This document shows, one piece after another, positions 40,063 to 54,070 of a stretch of 64,000 nucleotides of DNA; within the stretch, counting starts at the first letter, position 1; each line of letters opens with the position of its first letter. The position numbers and the translations under genes are program-made. Source of the DNA: Euprymna scolopes (lineage: Eukaryota); the NCBI GenBank assembly GCA_053919585.1, contig CM132805.1; one strand, written 5' to 3'. The notes below the pieces were generated by a model. That model saw only the letters and a program-made list of their open reading frames with translations. It had not been told where the DNA came from and did no database searches.

Positions 40063-41559
40063 TTTTGTCTTGGCTTATTAAAAAAACATCTATGTTTATA
40101 GTGATTGGCTTCTCGCCCCCAAATGTTTTAAAATCTATGACGAACCAAACGAGTTTAATTCGATATGATAAAACAATCGAAAATAAAAGTAACATGTTGG
40201 AGCAAGTCTTCAGATAAATTTTGTGTTCATTCTTCTTAATAATTGTACATAAACTCATATTTCGGAATTAGTGTTACCATGCATATTCATATATGTAATC
40301 AATATTGACTACGGTGATAAATCCACAAATTCTGTATCAGAAAATGCCGCGCTCTTAAGTCCTTATATTTGCTGTATAAGCCGGATATTGGCGAATACCT
40401 GTTATGTCAAAGAACAGTGATACAACGGAAACTTATAAAGATTCAGAAATAGAAATGTGTCAGATATGGCTTGCTTTTTTTTTAATTTTTCCTTTCAATT
40501 ATTTGATGCATATTGGCATCAAATTATGAGGGTTACTCTTGTAAAAAAATCTAACTCATTTTTCATCAAATCCTGAACGATATTCTACAATTGCAATGTA
40601 TAACGTAATGCTTTCTTTTATTTTAACAACGTAGATATTGATTCGTTTGGACTTTAAAACATTTTTAGAACTAATATATGTTATTATCATAAACTACTTC
40701 GACGTTTTTAAGGGCCCATAAATTAATCCATATATAGTCTAACTTAGATAATAATTTGACACATCAAAATTCTGGTGGCTTTAAATGTAGATGAAATTAT
40801 CTTTTAAAATATTATAGTTTGCTATGTAGGTTACTGCGGTTTTGAAGATATTTTGTGCTAAATATGCTTTTTCTAGTCAAAATTTATGTAAGAAGCTTGT
40901 TTTCTAAATTCCAAAAAAGTATAAAAACTAAGAAAATAGTGTTGATGTTGAAAGATACACTCACGCAAAAAAAATGCAGAAACGAATTCAACAAATTTAT
41001 AAATGGTGTAAAGCTGTTTTTCGGTCCGAGGGCGATCCGCCGATCCGAGTTTAGTGGACTGTATTTCAGTTACCTATGCGTCTTTTTACGCTAGTGTTCA
41101 ACCTCCATTTTCTCCGGGGCCCTGATTTTTAGCAAGTGCCCTCGTGGCTGTCCGCAGCTTAACTAAATTTCCCGCTCAAGTTTTTATTCCCACGTGTTCC
41201 GTTCTGAGATTGGTGGGTTGGGGTTTCTGTCTGGTTTACATCCGTTATGTTCGCTATCTTTTCGAAAGGCGATGGGGATGGAGTGGGGGGATCTTGCCTC
41301 TGTGACTTCCTTTGCGTGGATGGAGAGAGGTTAGGAGTGGGGTGTCTGCTTGACTAATATATACATTTATTATGACATAAGAGGAAGAAGGGGGTGGGTA
41401 TAGTTTTTTAATTATAACATTATTTTCATTAACCGGTCGGGGCGCCTCAAGGAATATAATTGCAATCCAAAAGGGGTTGGCAATATAATACCAGCAGCAT
41501 TAACTTAGGTTAGGTTAGGCAGGTGGCGGTTACCTCTGAAGGAGAAAGTATCAATGAAC

Positions 41560-41712
41560 TATTAAATTCACAAACGGTTCCCGTTCTCATGTATATCCTG
41601 GTCATGGGAGATGACGTTAGTTTTTTTCAGTTGTTGCAAGTAAGTGTCGACTTCCTCCCTATACAGTGTATTCCTTAATGGTCACCCATCTTGAAGTGAC
41701 TAGGCTCAACGT
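41560..41712 (-). mobile_element. 5'-truncated 5S-derived SINE
   Basis: Minus strand AACGTTGAGCCTAGTCAC..GATGGGTGACCATTAAGGAATACACTGTA plus a body shared with 4990-5138. Confidence 0.7.
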
Positions 41713-41892
41713 TCTCCTGGGTAGATGGATCCCATACATCTACTTAAGACAAATACCACATCCAATAAAAGGCTATCGAAGTGGACCAGTTTCTGTCAAG
41801 CTGATTATCGAGTACGGAACCCCGACTGTCATATACGCCGCTAACGACGACGCTAGCATTGCAATTTGTCGTAACTCTATCATTAGTATTTA

Positions 41893-41972
41893 TTAGGTTG
41901 GTCCAAAAATAACGTCGTTTTTGACGTTCAAACTTCATGTCAGAAAACAATATTATTTCTGCACCTACCTAA
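41893..41972. mobile_element. 80-bp mariner MITE (MADE1-like architecture) with TA TSD
   Basis: TA|TTAGGTTGGTCCAAAAATAA ... TTATTTCTGCACCTACCTAA|TA. Confidence 0.85.
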
Positions 41973-43849
41973 TAGAAGAGACCATCTACTCTCGAAATAA
42001 GGTCAATCAATAGTACATTATAATATTGTATGAAGCATAAAAATATACTGCTATTATCTTTTAATGCTCAATTCAGGAGAGTTTATTGTAATATCTGTTA
42101 TGTTGATATGATATTCACCATCCGGGCCATTGCCTCCTCCTTTTGGAAAGATATCGTACTATCTGTTCTGTAACCATTATACCTTCCACCTAGATATTCC
42201 CTTCTCTTTTTAGAGTGAAGAAGTTAGTTTAATATCGGTTTCCTTTACACAATCCTTTCATGTATTACCGTCTCATTGGTGGTTAAGCGTCGTACTAAAC
42301 ATTTTACCCGTTAAAAAGGGGCAAAAGTTATAGCCCGTTGACTTAGAACGAGTTCTTTATGCCAAATTCATGGTTGAATATGGTTAAATGTGTGTTCATT
42401 TTTGCAGTAAGTATTACTATTAATCTCGAACTGTGCCTCCAACAGATCGCATAATACTTGGTCGCTGTACCTTATCATAATAAAGGTTGATACAAAATTT
42501 TTGGAGATTCGTTCAGTAGTTTCTGAGAAAACCTCTAGGGTAGATGTAGTATTGTTGTGAGTAATGCTTAATAATCCCTAACTAAGCAACCAACAGATAC
42601 CATAATACTTAGTTCGATGCACCTTATCATAATAAAAGTTATATAAAATTTCAGCCAGATCGGCCCTGTAGTATCCCAAAAACAAGTTGAATAAGCAAAC
42701 AAACAGATTAAAGAAAAAATTATATAGATATGTACGTTCGTTAAAAAAACATTCTCTCATGAAGTACACTCTCTATTTTCAGGGGAAGTGTATTATATAT
42801 TCGTTTTTAAAAAAATATCCTAGCAAAACTATAAAACCAAGAGAAGGTGGATATTATTGATAGTTGCAAGTATACATGATGTTTAATCTATAACAAAGCC
42901 AGCAATTTAGAAACGATCTTCATAAAACAAAGTGCATGAAAACAATTGTGTTATATCGTCGTGATCGTCTGCAAGAAGCGAACAATAGCTAAATGACAGT
43001 CGATTGAAGTAGGTTACAACGAGTAAAAGAAGGTTAAGCTTGCAATACTTTTAGCCTGACTGGCATTGCAAGTTGACTGTGACAAGTTAAAACCTGCATT
43101 TATATGAACTGACCGACATTATAAGATTGCTCACAAGGTGAATAATAGTTTCAAGGTGCCGTCGTAAATAGAATAGTTTTAATAACTTGACAACAAAGAA
43201 TTAAGTTTCCAAACATGTTTGGTCCCGTGCAAATATTAATATAATAGTGAAACCACATAGAAATTACACGGTGTTTTCTACGCCAGACTGCACAATTTAC
43301 TCTTATAATACCATCGGCCGAAAATAGATAATCAATGTTCATAACCCCTACAAAAGAACTGCCACTACGTTTATCTCTCAACAGATGAACAATATGAGAC
43401 ATGACGGAGATCGTATAAGAGAAACCTATCTGTAATTTGATTGGCCTCTACCCTTTCTTCTAGTCTGCAATCTCTCTTTCACAGAGGTGATGCTGCTAGT
43501 CTCAGTCTCTTCTCTCAGTACTATTATGAGGCGTGTTCTTCAGAATTATCTGATTTATTCCCTGCTTCTTTTGTTACAGTTCATTTGACTCCTTAGTCTA
43601 GTAGTCCTGATAAATTTACTGTTCAGGTAACTTGTTATAATAGAAGTTTTTAACCGATTTAAGTGTCCTCTTGAAAATATAATAAATTGTGTTTTTGAAA
43701 ATATATATTCTTGATAACAACGATCCTTGTTCTCTATAGCTTGACTTCATATGTTAATGAGCTTAGAAAAGCCTCACTTGTAAAATTCTTTGGGTTTTGA
43801 TGTGAACTATGATCATGACAAACGCTTAATCTACTCTTGCGATGTTAAC

Positions 43850-44170
43850 TTAAATTATTGTAAATATATTTTTATATTCTTTGAAATACGTGAAGACCCG
43901 ATTCAGATATGTCGCAGAATATGCAGGATGAGATAAAATTTCCATACCAAATTCTGCTAGAAGATCTTCGTTCAATAGTGATATGACTACAGACATTGCC
44001 ATGATGGAAGATGATTTCGTTTTCGGGTCAAGATTTTGTAACCAAATTCTGCTAGATCTTTGATCAATAATATGTGAGAAAAATTGGCACCAACCTACTA
44101 ATTTTTCTTTGAAATCATAAATATTTGCCAGGATCAATATGTTCCGACGAACTTAATGCATTTGTACACA
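43850..44170 (-). mobile_element. Highly decayed mariner transposase fragment
   Basis: LAEFGMEILSHPAYS resembles the (W)EVLPHPPYSPDL region. Confidence 0.55.
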
Positions 44171-44711
44171 GTCAATATAAATGCCAATGACCAACTTGAA
44201 TGTAAAACCCTAACTGTTTACTGTAGAGTTCCCCAGATGTGTGAGAATCTGCCTCCCTAATATCTTCTTTCCTCGGAGAGTTTGCCTTTAAAATTTCGTC
44301 CTTGTTTCCCTGAGTGTACACAAAATGTAGTAATTCAAATGTAATGTTAACAAATATCTTGTTACAAACTCGTCACTGAAGTTCTTGCTTATCAATCTTG
44401 TCTTTAATCGTAATAACCACTTACATCTCAGTAGTCGTATGCCTCGTTTAAGCTTTTTTTCATTGGACCGATTCACTTTGGAATTACATCTTTAGTGATT
44501 GTTTCTGTGACCTTAACAACGTGGAGAAATTTAAATCTATATGGACTAAGATCTTGCAGCCCAATTCCTCATTTAGATTGCTTCTATAAATGTGGCCCTT
44601 ATCACAGTAACCCCTTACGTATCAATGGCAATATGTCCTGTTTGGATTTAATAAAAACTGAAAACATTTTTAAAACTGTATCATGGTTTGATTTTAATCC
44701 ATTTGGAGGGA

Positions 44712-44830
44712 GATGACGAAGTGGTTTACGACACAAACTGGCAACTTGAATGTTCCAAGTTCGAAATTAGTTCATTATAAATTCTTAGGATGTTGGCAGA
44801 ATCAACGTGGTCCCTCTTTAAATAGTCGTT
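44712..44830 (+). mobile_element. Degenerate tRNA-derived SINE head
   Basis: TGACGAAGTGG...GACACAAACTGG...AGTTCGAAATTAGTTC is similar to the 5281 copy. Confidence 0.5.
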
Positions 44831-45559
44831 GTCATTTTAGAAAGAATCTAACTAAAAAGATATTAGGAAAACCAATGCTAACAATAAAATTATCTAATTC
44901 ATACGAAATCAATGAATGAAACCCACTCAGAGAATTTAGTAAAATAATGTTAGAGAATCTACATCAAATATAAAAGTGTATTTTCATGCAATAAATACCA
45001 AGAAAGACAATAGTAATGTTCTTGAATCCCAAAATTTACTCCCAAAGAGGACTGTGAATGCATAACCCTCTTAAGACTTTAATTATATCATGTTTTGTGA
45101 CATTTATACATTTTTTCCAGATGAAACATTGGAATCTCAACATTACCCTGTTTGTGACGAATATCTACGTGTCTTTACTTCTAAGTGCTCCATACGGACA
45201 GCGCCCACTTAACACTTTAAATACTTATATGCGATTTTAATGAAATGTAAACCATATGTATAAGACGCTAATTCAGTTATTTCCAACATCTCAGCTATAA
45301 TATAAAAATGAGCGAAATGGATGGTGTAATCATAACAAAGAAATAATATGACGTTGTGAACGTAGTTAAAAGGTAACCCTCATTCAATCCTCAGAAACGC
45401 CGTGTCTTCCTGCTAGTTCCAGTCATAGTCAAATGTGACCAGTAGGTCAAAAACACGTCATGCATATATGCAATGTCCTTGCTGTTTTAACAGCCTCGAC
45501 AGCCATGGTCTTCCAAATTGTAGAGCCATGACAATCTCGGGAAGACAAGTAAAGACAGT

Positions 45560-45768
45560 AGTTTCTCGTTGCTTTCTGTCTTAATCCGAGGGGTATCTCC
45601 CGCAATAAGTTAAACGGCCCCCCTAATATCAACCTGGAAATTTCTACGAGTCGGCGCGGTACATACAGTGCTTAGTCTTCTCAAATGGTCACCCATCTGG
45701 TATTGGCCAGGCTCATCCTTACTAAACTTCAATTATCTGAACCGGTGTGTCAACGTAATTGTGCCGTA
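45560..45768 (-). mobile_element. 5S rRNA-derived SINE (head 45662-45768) with a third body type
   Basis: Minus strand TTTACGGCACAATTACGTTGACACACCGGTTC...GAGCCTGGCCAATACCAGATGGGTGACCATTTGAGAAGACTAAGCACTGTA. Confidence 0.75.
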
Positions 45769-45779
45769 AATACACGTTA

Positions 45780-47695
45780 GTGAAGGAAAAAAATCTAACA
45801 AATCGGTGAATTCTTTAGATGAAACAATTCCAATGAATTTCATCGATTACATATTTTATATATTATAGTAATCTTCGTCAGTTGATAAAATAAGATTGAA
45901 AGTCATTCCGTTTTAGTATTTAAATGACCTGGTGTGAACTGAAAAAAAAACATTTCAATGACTGCTACTTCTGTGCATTCAAAAGGAAGGAGACTAACAA
46001 GAAAAACGGGAATTCGTTGGTTTATCCAAACCAAGTCTGCAATTTGGCCAAATTTATGTTCCAGTGTTTAAAGGCTTGTCCCAACTGGAATTTCCTGTTT
46101 CTGAAGAAAACCAGGCCTCTGTTTTGTCAACTGACAATAGTGAAGCCACTGTTTCAGATGTCGATTTTTCTCCTTCTTCACTACCACAGCTTTGTTTTCA
46201 AGCAGAACTTAATGATCTGACTGACGAACTGGTGTCGAATAGTACTATTCTTAAGATTGGCGCCTTTTATAAACAGTTCCAAAATGAACTTTTAAATGCT
46301 TTCTTCTTCACAACTGCAACTTATATGGATCAGTTCGTCTAATCCATTCAACGACCTTTCAAAATAAAAGATGATGAAATCGAATTTGTTCTGAAAAAAT
46401 ATTTCATACAGACAGCACTAATGGATCATATATATTCATTTGAAAATGGTTGGGTTTCTCCTTGGGCTACATGGTGGTTACACAAAATTTCCTTGTATCC
46501 TGTGTTTGTGTGATAGCAGGGAAAGTACAGAGCACTATAAAAAAGATTGGCCTGTTCGCAGTGAAATGATTCCTAGCTCTCCGGTCCTGGATATGACCTT
46601 AAACTATATCCAGTGGTGAGCCACCCTTTAATTACCATTGCTTCCAGGTCCACTCTGACCCGGAGTGGTAGTACCTGTTAGGGTCCGAACTATGGGTTAA
46701 ATAGAAACGGACTTCAAAATAACAAATATATTCTATTAAAAAGTTTTTCTTCAAAATCTTTGGATTCGGCATTAAATAACCCGAAAAGGGTTGATATGCC
46801 GTAAGACAAAAACAACCAATCAACCAACCAACCAACCTAGCTCTCTCAATGTTCTGGCTTCTGTTTTGGTAGAGCATTCCAAAATTGTGTTTCTTTCTTT
46901 TCACATAAAGCTTGGCATCATGGAACAGTTTGTGAAGGCTCTTGAAAAAGGTGGTGAGTGTTTAAAATATATTTGCATGAACTTCCAGGCCTAACCATAC
47001 AGAAACATAAAGCTAGAAATTTTATGAACCCTAGATTCGAAATTTAATGAATGGTGTAAATTTCTGTAATTTTATGAATCCTGAAGAATTGAGCGCCTGA
47101 GCGGCGTTTACAAATCTAGTAAAAAAAATTATTGGAGAAATAATGGCGCCCAACTACAGAGATTATTGAAACAGTAATCATAAGTGTCTATCAACTGGGT
47201 GGAAACATGAGCGCCAAGTTACTTTTTTGACCTTGCCGGTTTACCAGAAAGTCTAGGTGGTGTGAGTGGTGAGACAAGACATCAGTAACATGGAATTTCG
47301 CTATCAAGGTCGTTGCGATGTCACCAGGCTTGCAGACCACTGTTGATTTATCAAGCACGATGATGCCGGACGCCCCATTCTAAGAAAATCATTAAAAACC
47401 TTAATTTATGGATGATGGTGTCTATGCTTAATATTTTTTTACAACTTCAAATTTTATTGTGGATATTTTGGTGTGATTTCATGAATATATGCCTTAAAGT
47501 TACATAAAAAAATTTTTTTTCGATTTACCTGTTTTTATTGTAGCTATCAGCTTCCTACAAAAGGGGTAAAACCCTAGCAGAATAATTAGACCTGATAAAA
47601 ACTAAGTGACAGCATTTCTGGAATCAACGCCCTCAAATTACGTAAAAACAGTTTAAACATCTTAGGCACCATAACAAGTCTGTTGTTGGCCAGTG
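45780..47695 (+). mobile_element. Decayed DNA transposon, Chapaev3-like (CMC group) transposase pseudogene
   Basis: Motif remnants W.E...NDCYFC, LKMVGFLLGLHGGYTKFPCILCL.DSR, HIKLGIMEQFVKAL, QIRNLM, RYQGR...ADHC; right terminus ...TTGGCCAGTG (CACTG end). The superfamily assignment is from memory. Confidence 0.75.
46582..46835 (+). mobile_element. SINE/non-autonomous retroposon nested in the Chapaev3-like element, 10-bp TSD
   Basis: CCTAGCTCTC at 46572-46581 and 46836-46845; (CAAC)n tail; interrupts the transposase remnant. Confidence 0.85.
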
Positions 47696-50600
47696 ATAGC
47701 AATGCTCACACGTCTATAGCAGTTGTTTACAAAACAATTCACAAAAAGAAGGCAATGACATTCCGACTCGGAATGTTTTATGTTTAACATTTATAGGAAT
47801 AGCTTCGAGCGTAGTTCATCACGAACGTTCAATAAATTTATAAATGGTATTACGGTAAGATAATTTGAAACCCAAAGCTTAAAGAATATATTCGGAATAA
47901 AAATGAAAGTATAAATACTTCTGAACAATGCTTAACTTGTTAATATAAAGTCAGGTTTGCGTGTATGTTTATATGCATATATAAAATATACGTGTGGATG
48001 GAATCTTCTCCTGAACGAATTAACACTCTTACTATGTGAAATCGTGTGGAAGGTGTTATATATTTACATCTAGGTTAGTTGATATAGATGGGTAAAAAAA
48101 CTTAAATGTAAAGATCCCATTTCCTGCCGCTTTTGTGAAAGTTTGACAATAGATAATGGGCAGTAATTAAAAATACTCTCCAAATATCCGTTGTTTTTTT
48201 TTAATATTTAAGGGTCTTTCGGAAAATATAATATGCACACATGCCCGATTTAAAAGATCAGATATTTCAGATTTGCATTGAATTTAAATCATAGTCGTTA
48301 CACACGTGTAACCAGATTCATTGAATTCTTAAAGCCCATTATGGTTAAGCCTTACTTAATAGATATTTTGTAAAATTAAACTCATTATTTTTATGAAATT
48401 TAAAATAACTTTTTGTAGAACGATATATTGATTTTAATCTGTGTAAGAGACATTAACGTTGCACAAATGTTCTCTTGGTTGAATTCATTTTATTCATCCT
48501 GGAAAGGTATTTTTCGAGAGTATTTTAAAATACTTTAACATTTTTATACTAAGTTTATAACATTTATATATAATCAGTGTTCATTTTTTGCACCAATGCT
48601 GTATTCATTTATTGTTTAATCTATAATCAAATCGAGTTGAACAAAATGGGTTCATTCTTAAGATGTGTTCATTAAATGTATATATTTAGCGATGCTGTAG
48701 AAATAATAACAGCGTTTAATAATCTTCTGCTGTGACTCGAGACAAGTGAGAGGACTTAATAGATAGAGAGTGAAAGTGTTTGCTGTCGTATTTGTGGAAT
48801 GTGTATTTGATAGAGGCATTTTTAAGAGTACATGTAATAATTTTTAAACAAGGATGAAATGTACAGATAATTTCGTAGAATATATTTTAAGAAGTATTGT
48901 AAGCGGTGAAAATGAAATATCTTTTTCTTGAAATGTCCGCTTAAGTTCCTATTTAAACTTTAGTAATAATATTTCATATATACGAAAAGTTAAAATCATT
49001 ATTCAGTTTTTGTGGTTGTAATGGTGTATTTATCTCTTGTTAAATCTACAAGCCAATCAGGTTGAACATTCTTAAAATGCGTCCATTTAATGTAAGTGTT
49101 TAGCTATAAAACGTAAGCTTTTTTATTAAACTTTTTTCACTTCGACCAAGGTGTATTGCCACTTGTTCGCAAGAGTTAGCATTAGTACTATGTCAAACAG
49201 AATTATGGAGAGTTGGTTGCGCGATGTCTGCTCACATTATATTTACACTTTCTGCATGTCAACACAGTCATGGAAGCAGGAAACGTGGACGGGATTCCAA
49301 AGTTTATTAACACGAGAGAAGAAACTATTAGAGTAAAACACTTTCCGGCATCTACGGAATTTTACAATGAAGTGGTGGAACTATGCTGCTTATCGGGGTG
49401 GTCGGGAGTATGTACGTCGAGATGGAACAAGTTCTGTGGGTTTATCAGAGCACATTCTATTAAAGTACTCGTAAAAAGATGCAACATTGCGGCGATTTGA
49501 CAAATAGTTTGGCCGATAGTGTGTATCATATTAAATTGGAGACTTTTTTTAAACTCTATTTAAGGATCTTAGCAGTAGATGCGCCACCACAGATGAGGCA
49601 GCAACACTACATGTATCGCTAAGTATGGGATACGCGTAGGCGCGAATGATTTTCTAGAGACAACCCACTCAGCTGACCGACAAGCAAAGCTTCTCAAAGG
49701 ATATGCTTGGGCGCATTGAAAATATGATGCACCACGCGTTTCGCAATGGAAATTCTATTTCTCTAAGCACGACAGACTCCGGCCGAGAATGCGAAGACAC
49801 ATCTACAAATAATCGAGTCATACAGACGTGACCCTTCACAACTACCGAACAATAGGAAAGAGATTGAACGAGAATCGATTGAATTTGTTGCAATAAAGTA
49901 AACTAATACTAAGCTGATAATTGGCAGAACATCCTTTCAGCCCGACTAACTTGCAAGACAGATCCATCAGAGTTCACGGTGACAAGTTGAAACATGTCTG
50001 ATGACAAATTGACCAACTTCACACAATTATTTGTCAACCAGCTTATTTTCTGGCAACTAATAGCTACTGTCGCTGGCCTTGTAAGGCAACGAAATCTAAT
50101 ATATAAAGTAAAGTTAGTGTCTACATTTCTTGGTCATAGATTTCTATCTACAAAACCAATATTTTAGTCAATTTCTTAGTGGGTTGTTGTTTCATGCGTA
50201 ACCGAATGTGCCCCTGTCATATCAAAGAACCGATTGTTTATTTCATATGTCTGACTTTAATACTTATACGTTGATAATGGCTTAAATTTAAGTTTAAAAT
50301 GAAAAAATCAAGTACCATGATGCAATTCTGCATTAAACAGAAGCATTCATTTCGAAAATGTGCCTGTGATATCAAAGAACCTACTGTTAATTTTATATGT
50401 TGAGTTTTTCAGCTTGTGTAGTAATAAAACTTCTAAAATGCACTTGTGAGGAAATCGCCTGTTCCTTCTTTCATACTTATCGAAGACATTACGATACAAA
50501 AAATATCTCAGAAGACTGACAGGTGCATTTAATGCCTTTCTGAAACAGTTCATACAAATCGGCTCAGCCGTTTTCGAGTCCATGAGGAATGAACTCTTAC

Positions 50601-51483
50601 ACACACACACACACAAAGTTTCTTCCATATAATAGTTGAGATAGAGACAAATGATTAATAGACAATTTGAAATGCTATAAACAGTAGTTGTAAATGTAGC
50701 AATCTTTTTAGAAGAAAAAAGGACGTTTACTGCTTGCTGCTTATTGCAAAGTTCCCGACAAATGGTGACTCCGGCGTAGTTTAAACACGTAACCTCGACA
50801 AAGCGTTATATCTGAAATATTTTTAGTTGTCAGTTTCTCTTGGCTTGTTATATCTGTGATCATGAAAGATTCTAGAATATTTTTCCGCGGCTAACGCGCT
50901 ATTGGCTATTGTTTGCGTTGGCGTATATGGTGAGCATACGCACTGCTCAATATTTTGGGGAATCGAACCGATAACATCTCAAGTTTAGTCCGTTCAAAGA
51001 TTATACGTAGCAATTAGGTTTATTAGCTTGTTTACTGTGATGAAATACTAACTATTTTGGGGTCTCTTAATATCGAATTTATACTTCATGTTGCTAAATA
51101 TTGGTACGTGTGATAAAGGTTATCAGCATGACGTCAGTACTTATCGAGTATTGATGCTGAATTGAGAAGCAATTTCAAGTCTTAATATAAAAGTTCGACG
51201 AACAGGGAAGAACCTATTTTAGAAATGTTGATTTGCCCAGAAGATGGTAATTTTTTTTATTTGTATTGCTTTCGCTTTAGACTTTAGATGAGAATTGTTT
51301 TTTGTCAGATTTTTTCTATATATTAATACGGATTTATTTTGTTTATTACGCCTATATCGTTTTTCTTCTGGGTGACTGTTGTTTAATAGTTATGAACTTT
51401 CATTTCTTGTAATAAATAATTTACTAAGAAGTTTTCATAAATTTTGATTTCGGTTTCGATTATAGCTAAAGAAACTCAAGTTA

Positions 51484-52313
51484 TCTATAATATAAATCTC
51501 ACCTGTCTGTTGAAATGTATGTATGTATGTATGTAGGTATGTATGTATGCGAATGAACTCGTTTTCTGGGTCAACGGCCAACTAGCACTGTGTATACTTG
51601 TGTGTGTATATGTGCATTGGGGTGGAGGGGGCTCCCGTAAGCCGTGGTGAAGGCAACCTTTCTCGGAGAAGTAAATCTCTGATTTAAAAAACCATAAAGC
51701 GGAAGACCATTACCCGCATTAAGCTGGTCTGCAGTTTAATTTGTTGCTGGCTATCTTGCTCTTGCTTTTTGCTAGATCTAAACATTTTGAACCGAGAGAG
51801 AGACTTAGCTGTCGTACAAATCTAAGACTCTGTAACATCATCTTTGTATAGATACTCCCTCTGGCATTTGGACTCATACATTTAAAATGTCTGAGGGAGT
51901 GGCACTCGTCTGACAAGACGTTGCAATCATCATGTATGTATGCATGCCTAAAACTTTCGACAGAGGTGACGGATTTTTACGAGATAGATATTGTTTTGAA
52001 CTGCGGCCATTTGGACGACAAATATCGAAAAATTGACCAAAAACATTAATTTGTTCACCCGTAAATTGACACTTTTCTACTGGGAACGGTTGCTTTTTTC
52101 GCTGATATTTTCGAACATAAACCCCTCTTTTCAATTGTTTAGCCTTAATTTAAACCTACATCACTTCCGACCATGGACCCAACAGCAAACACGTCAGGTT
52201 TTTCGCCACTTTCTTTTCCTCTTTCACGGTACGGGTTCGAGCCTGCCTACTACAACATTTTTTTGCACAACACATGCTTCCAAGCACACGGGAAACACTT
52301 CGCACCCAGGCTA

Positions 52314-52314
<1 letters not shown>
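51484..52314 (+). mobile_element. Non-autonomous Helitron with extra internal sequence
   Basis: 5' A|TCTATAATATAAATCTC + (GTAT)n; 3' ...CCAGG CTAG|T; 3' 170 bp homologous to 29205-29393. Confidence 0.75.
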
Positions 52315-52392
<78 letters not shown>

Positions 52393-52792
52393 TATATATA
52401 TATATATTCGGTCTCGATTCAAGCTGATGAATTTTTTAAATCATAACTTTTTAATATATAAGAATTGATAAAAAATTGACTCTATAATAATACGTACGAA
52501 ATTTGCATGAATAAAAAAAAAGCATATTTAAGCGTATTTTACGATCGGATTACGCGAGGCGTCCCTGCTAATTTAGATAAATATTTTGCGGTTTTAACAA
52601 AATAGCTACAATAATATCAAGGTGTCTTCATTTACGCTTAACAACCACAAAATGGCAGCATACGTATATTACATATGAAAGAGACCGATGTGGAATTTCC
52701 ACAGGTCCCGCTACTATTTCCGGAATTCATTTAACGCATATTTTGTTTGCACGTAAAAAGGCAATAGTTTAAAATTCTTTTTTGTTATAATT

Positions 52793-54070
52793 ACGAAAGG
52801 CGTGCTACAAGTAATGCCCATTACCCACTTCCATTTGTCTGATCTAGCTGAAATTTTGCATGTGCAATGATTTATATCTTTACGGGTTATGTGGCAAATT
52901 GCAGCTATGAACTAATTGTAGTTTCTGGTTTACAGGTGTTTGAACTTAGTCAGGCGTGAAATGGAGCCTGTTGAATGTCGAGCAGTGATCGGGTTTTTGT
53001 ATTTGAAAGGACGCATACCACAGGAGACTTTTGATGAAATTAAAGAAACTTATAGTGATAATGCCCCATCATATGACCTTGTAAAACGCTCGACTCGTGA
53101 ATTACAACATGGTCGGAAGTCTGTGGAAACAGCTCCCAGACGTTGTCGCCCCCTTCTGCCATTGATGAGGCATCCGTCCGTCAAGTTGAGGCTGCCATTT
53201 TGGAAGATCGGCGCATTAATATTCGCCAAATAGCCCAAGATGTTAAGATTAGTACAGGGTCTGTGGAAATTATCATTCATGACCATTTGCATAGGCATAA
53301 GGTGTCTGCTAGATGGATTCCCAGGTTGCTCACACCATTCCAGAAGCGAGAACGCGTCGAGTGCTCGAGGATGAATTTGGAGATGTGCCAAGAAGATGAG
53401 TCAAAGTTTTTCAAAAGACTGATTACACAGGATGAAACCTGGGTCCATAACTATGATCCAGAGATCAAAACCCAGTCAATGCAGTAAAAGCACTTGGACT
53501 TACCACCTCCAAAGAAGGACAGGTTGCTGCCCTCTGCTGGCAAGGTCATGCTCACAGTCTTCTGGGACCAGGACGAAGTAGTGATGACAGATTTCCTGGC
53601 AAAGGGTACCACAATTACAGGAGCCTATTATGCTTCCCTTTGGAGGAAATTAAGGGAAACTATCAAAATCAAGATGCGGGGCAAGATCAGCAAAGGTGCC
53701 CTCCTCCTGCAGGACAACGCTTCGGTCTACAACTCGCATGTCGCCAGATCAGAAGCATGGGCGTGTGATTATGAAATCCTCCCTCATCCTCCCTACTCTC
53801 CTGACCTTGCATCCTCTGACTTTCACCTCTTCCCAGCCATGAAGTTGTTTTCGAAAGGAAAGCGTTTCCCAGATGATGCACCCTTGATTTCTGAAGTCAC
53901 GTCGTGGTTGGAGAACCAACCTGGGGTGTTCTACAAAAAGGTCCCCAGAGCTGCATCAAACGACGGGAGAAATGCATAACTCTGGGTAGTTCCTATGTAG
54001 AGAAAGACTAATAACTGTGCCAATTTTCGTTGCTCTACTGCTATGGGCAGTGGGTCAGGGGCATTACTCG
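52793..54070 (+). mobile_element. Near full-length mariner transposon (DD34D, probably irritans-like); transposase pseudogene 52961-~54010
   Basis: TA|CGAAAGGCGTGCTACAAGTAATGCCC left TIR; MEPVECRAVIGFLYLKG, WIPRLL, TQDETW, QDNA, HPPYSPDLASSDF; frameshift ~53145, stop at 53485, late frameshift; partial right TIR GGGTCAGGGGCATTACT. Confidence 0.97.

Noticed and set aside
41092-41485. Possible hAT MITE (TAGTGTTCAACC ... GGGGTTGGCAATA)
   Set aside because: TIRs are too degenerate and no TSD was identified.
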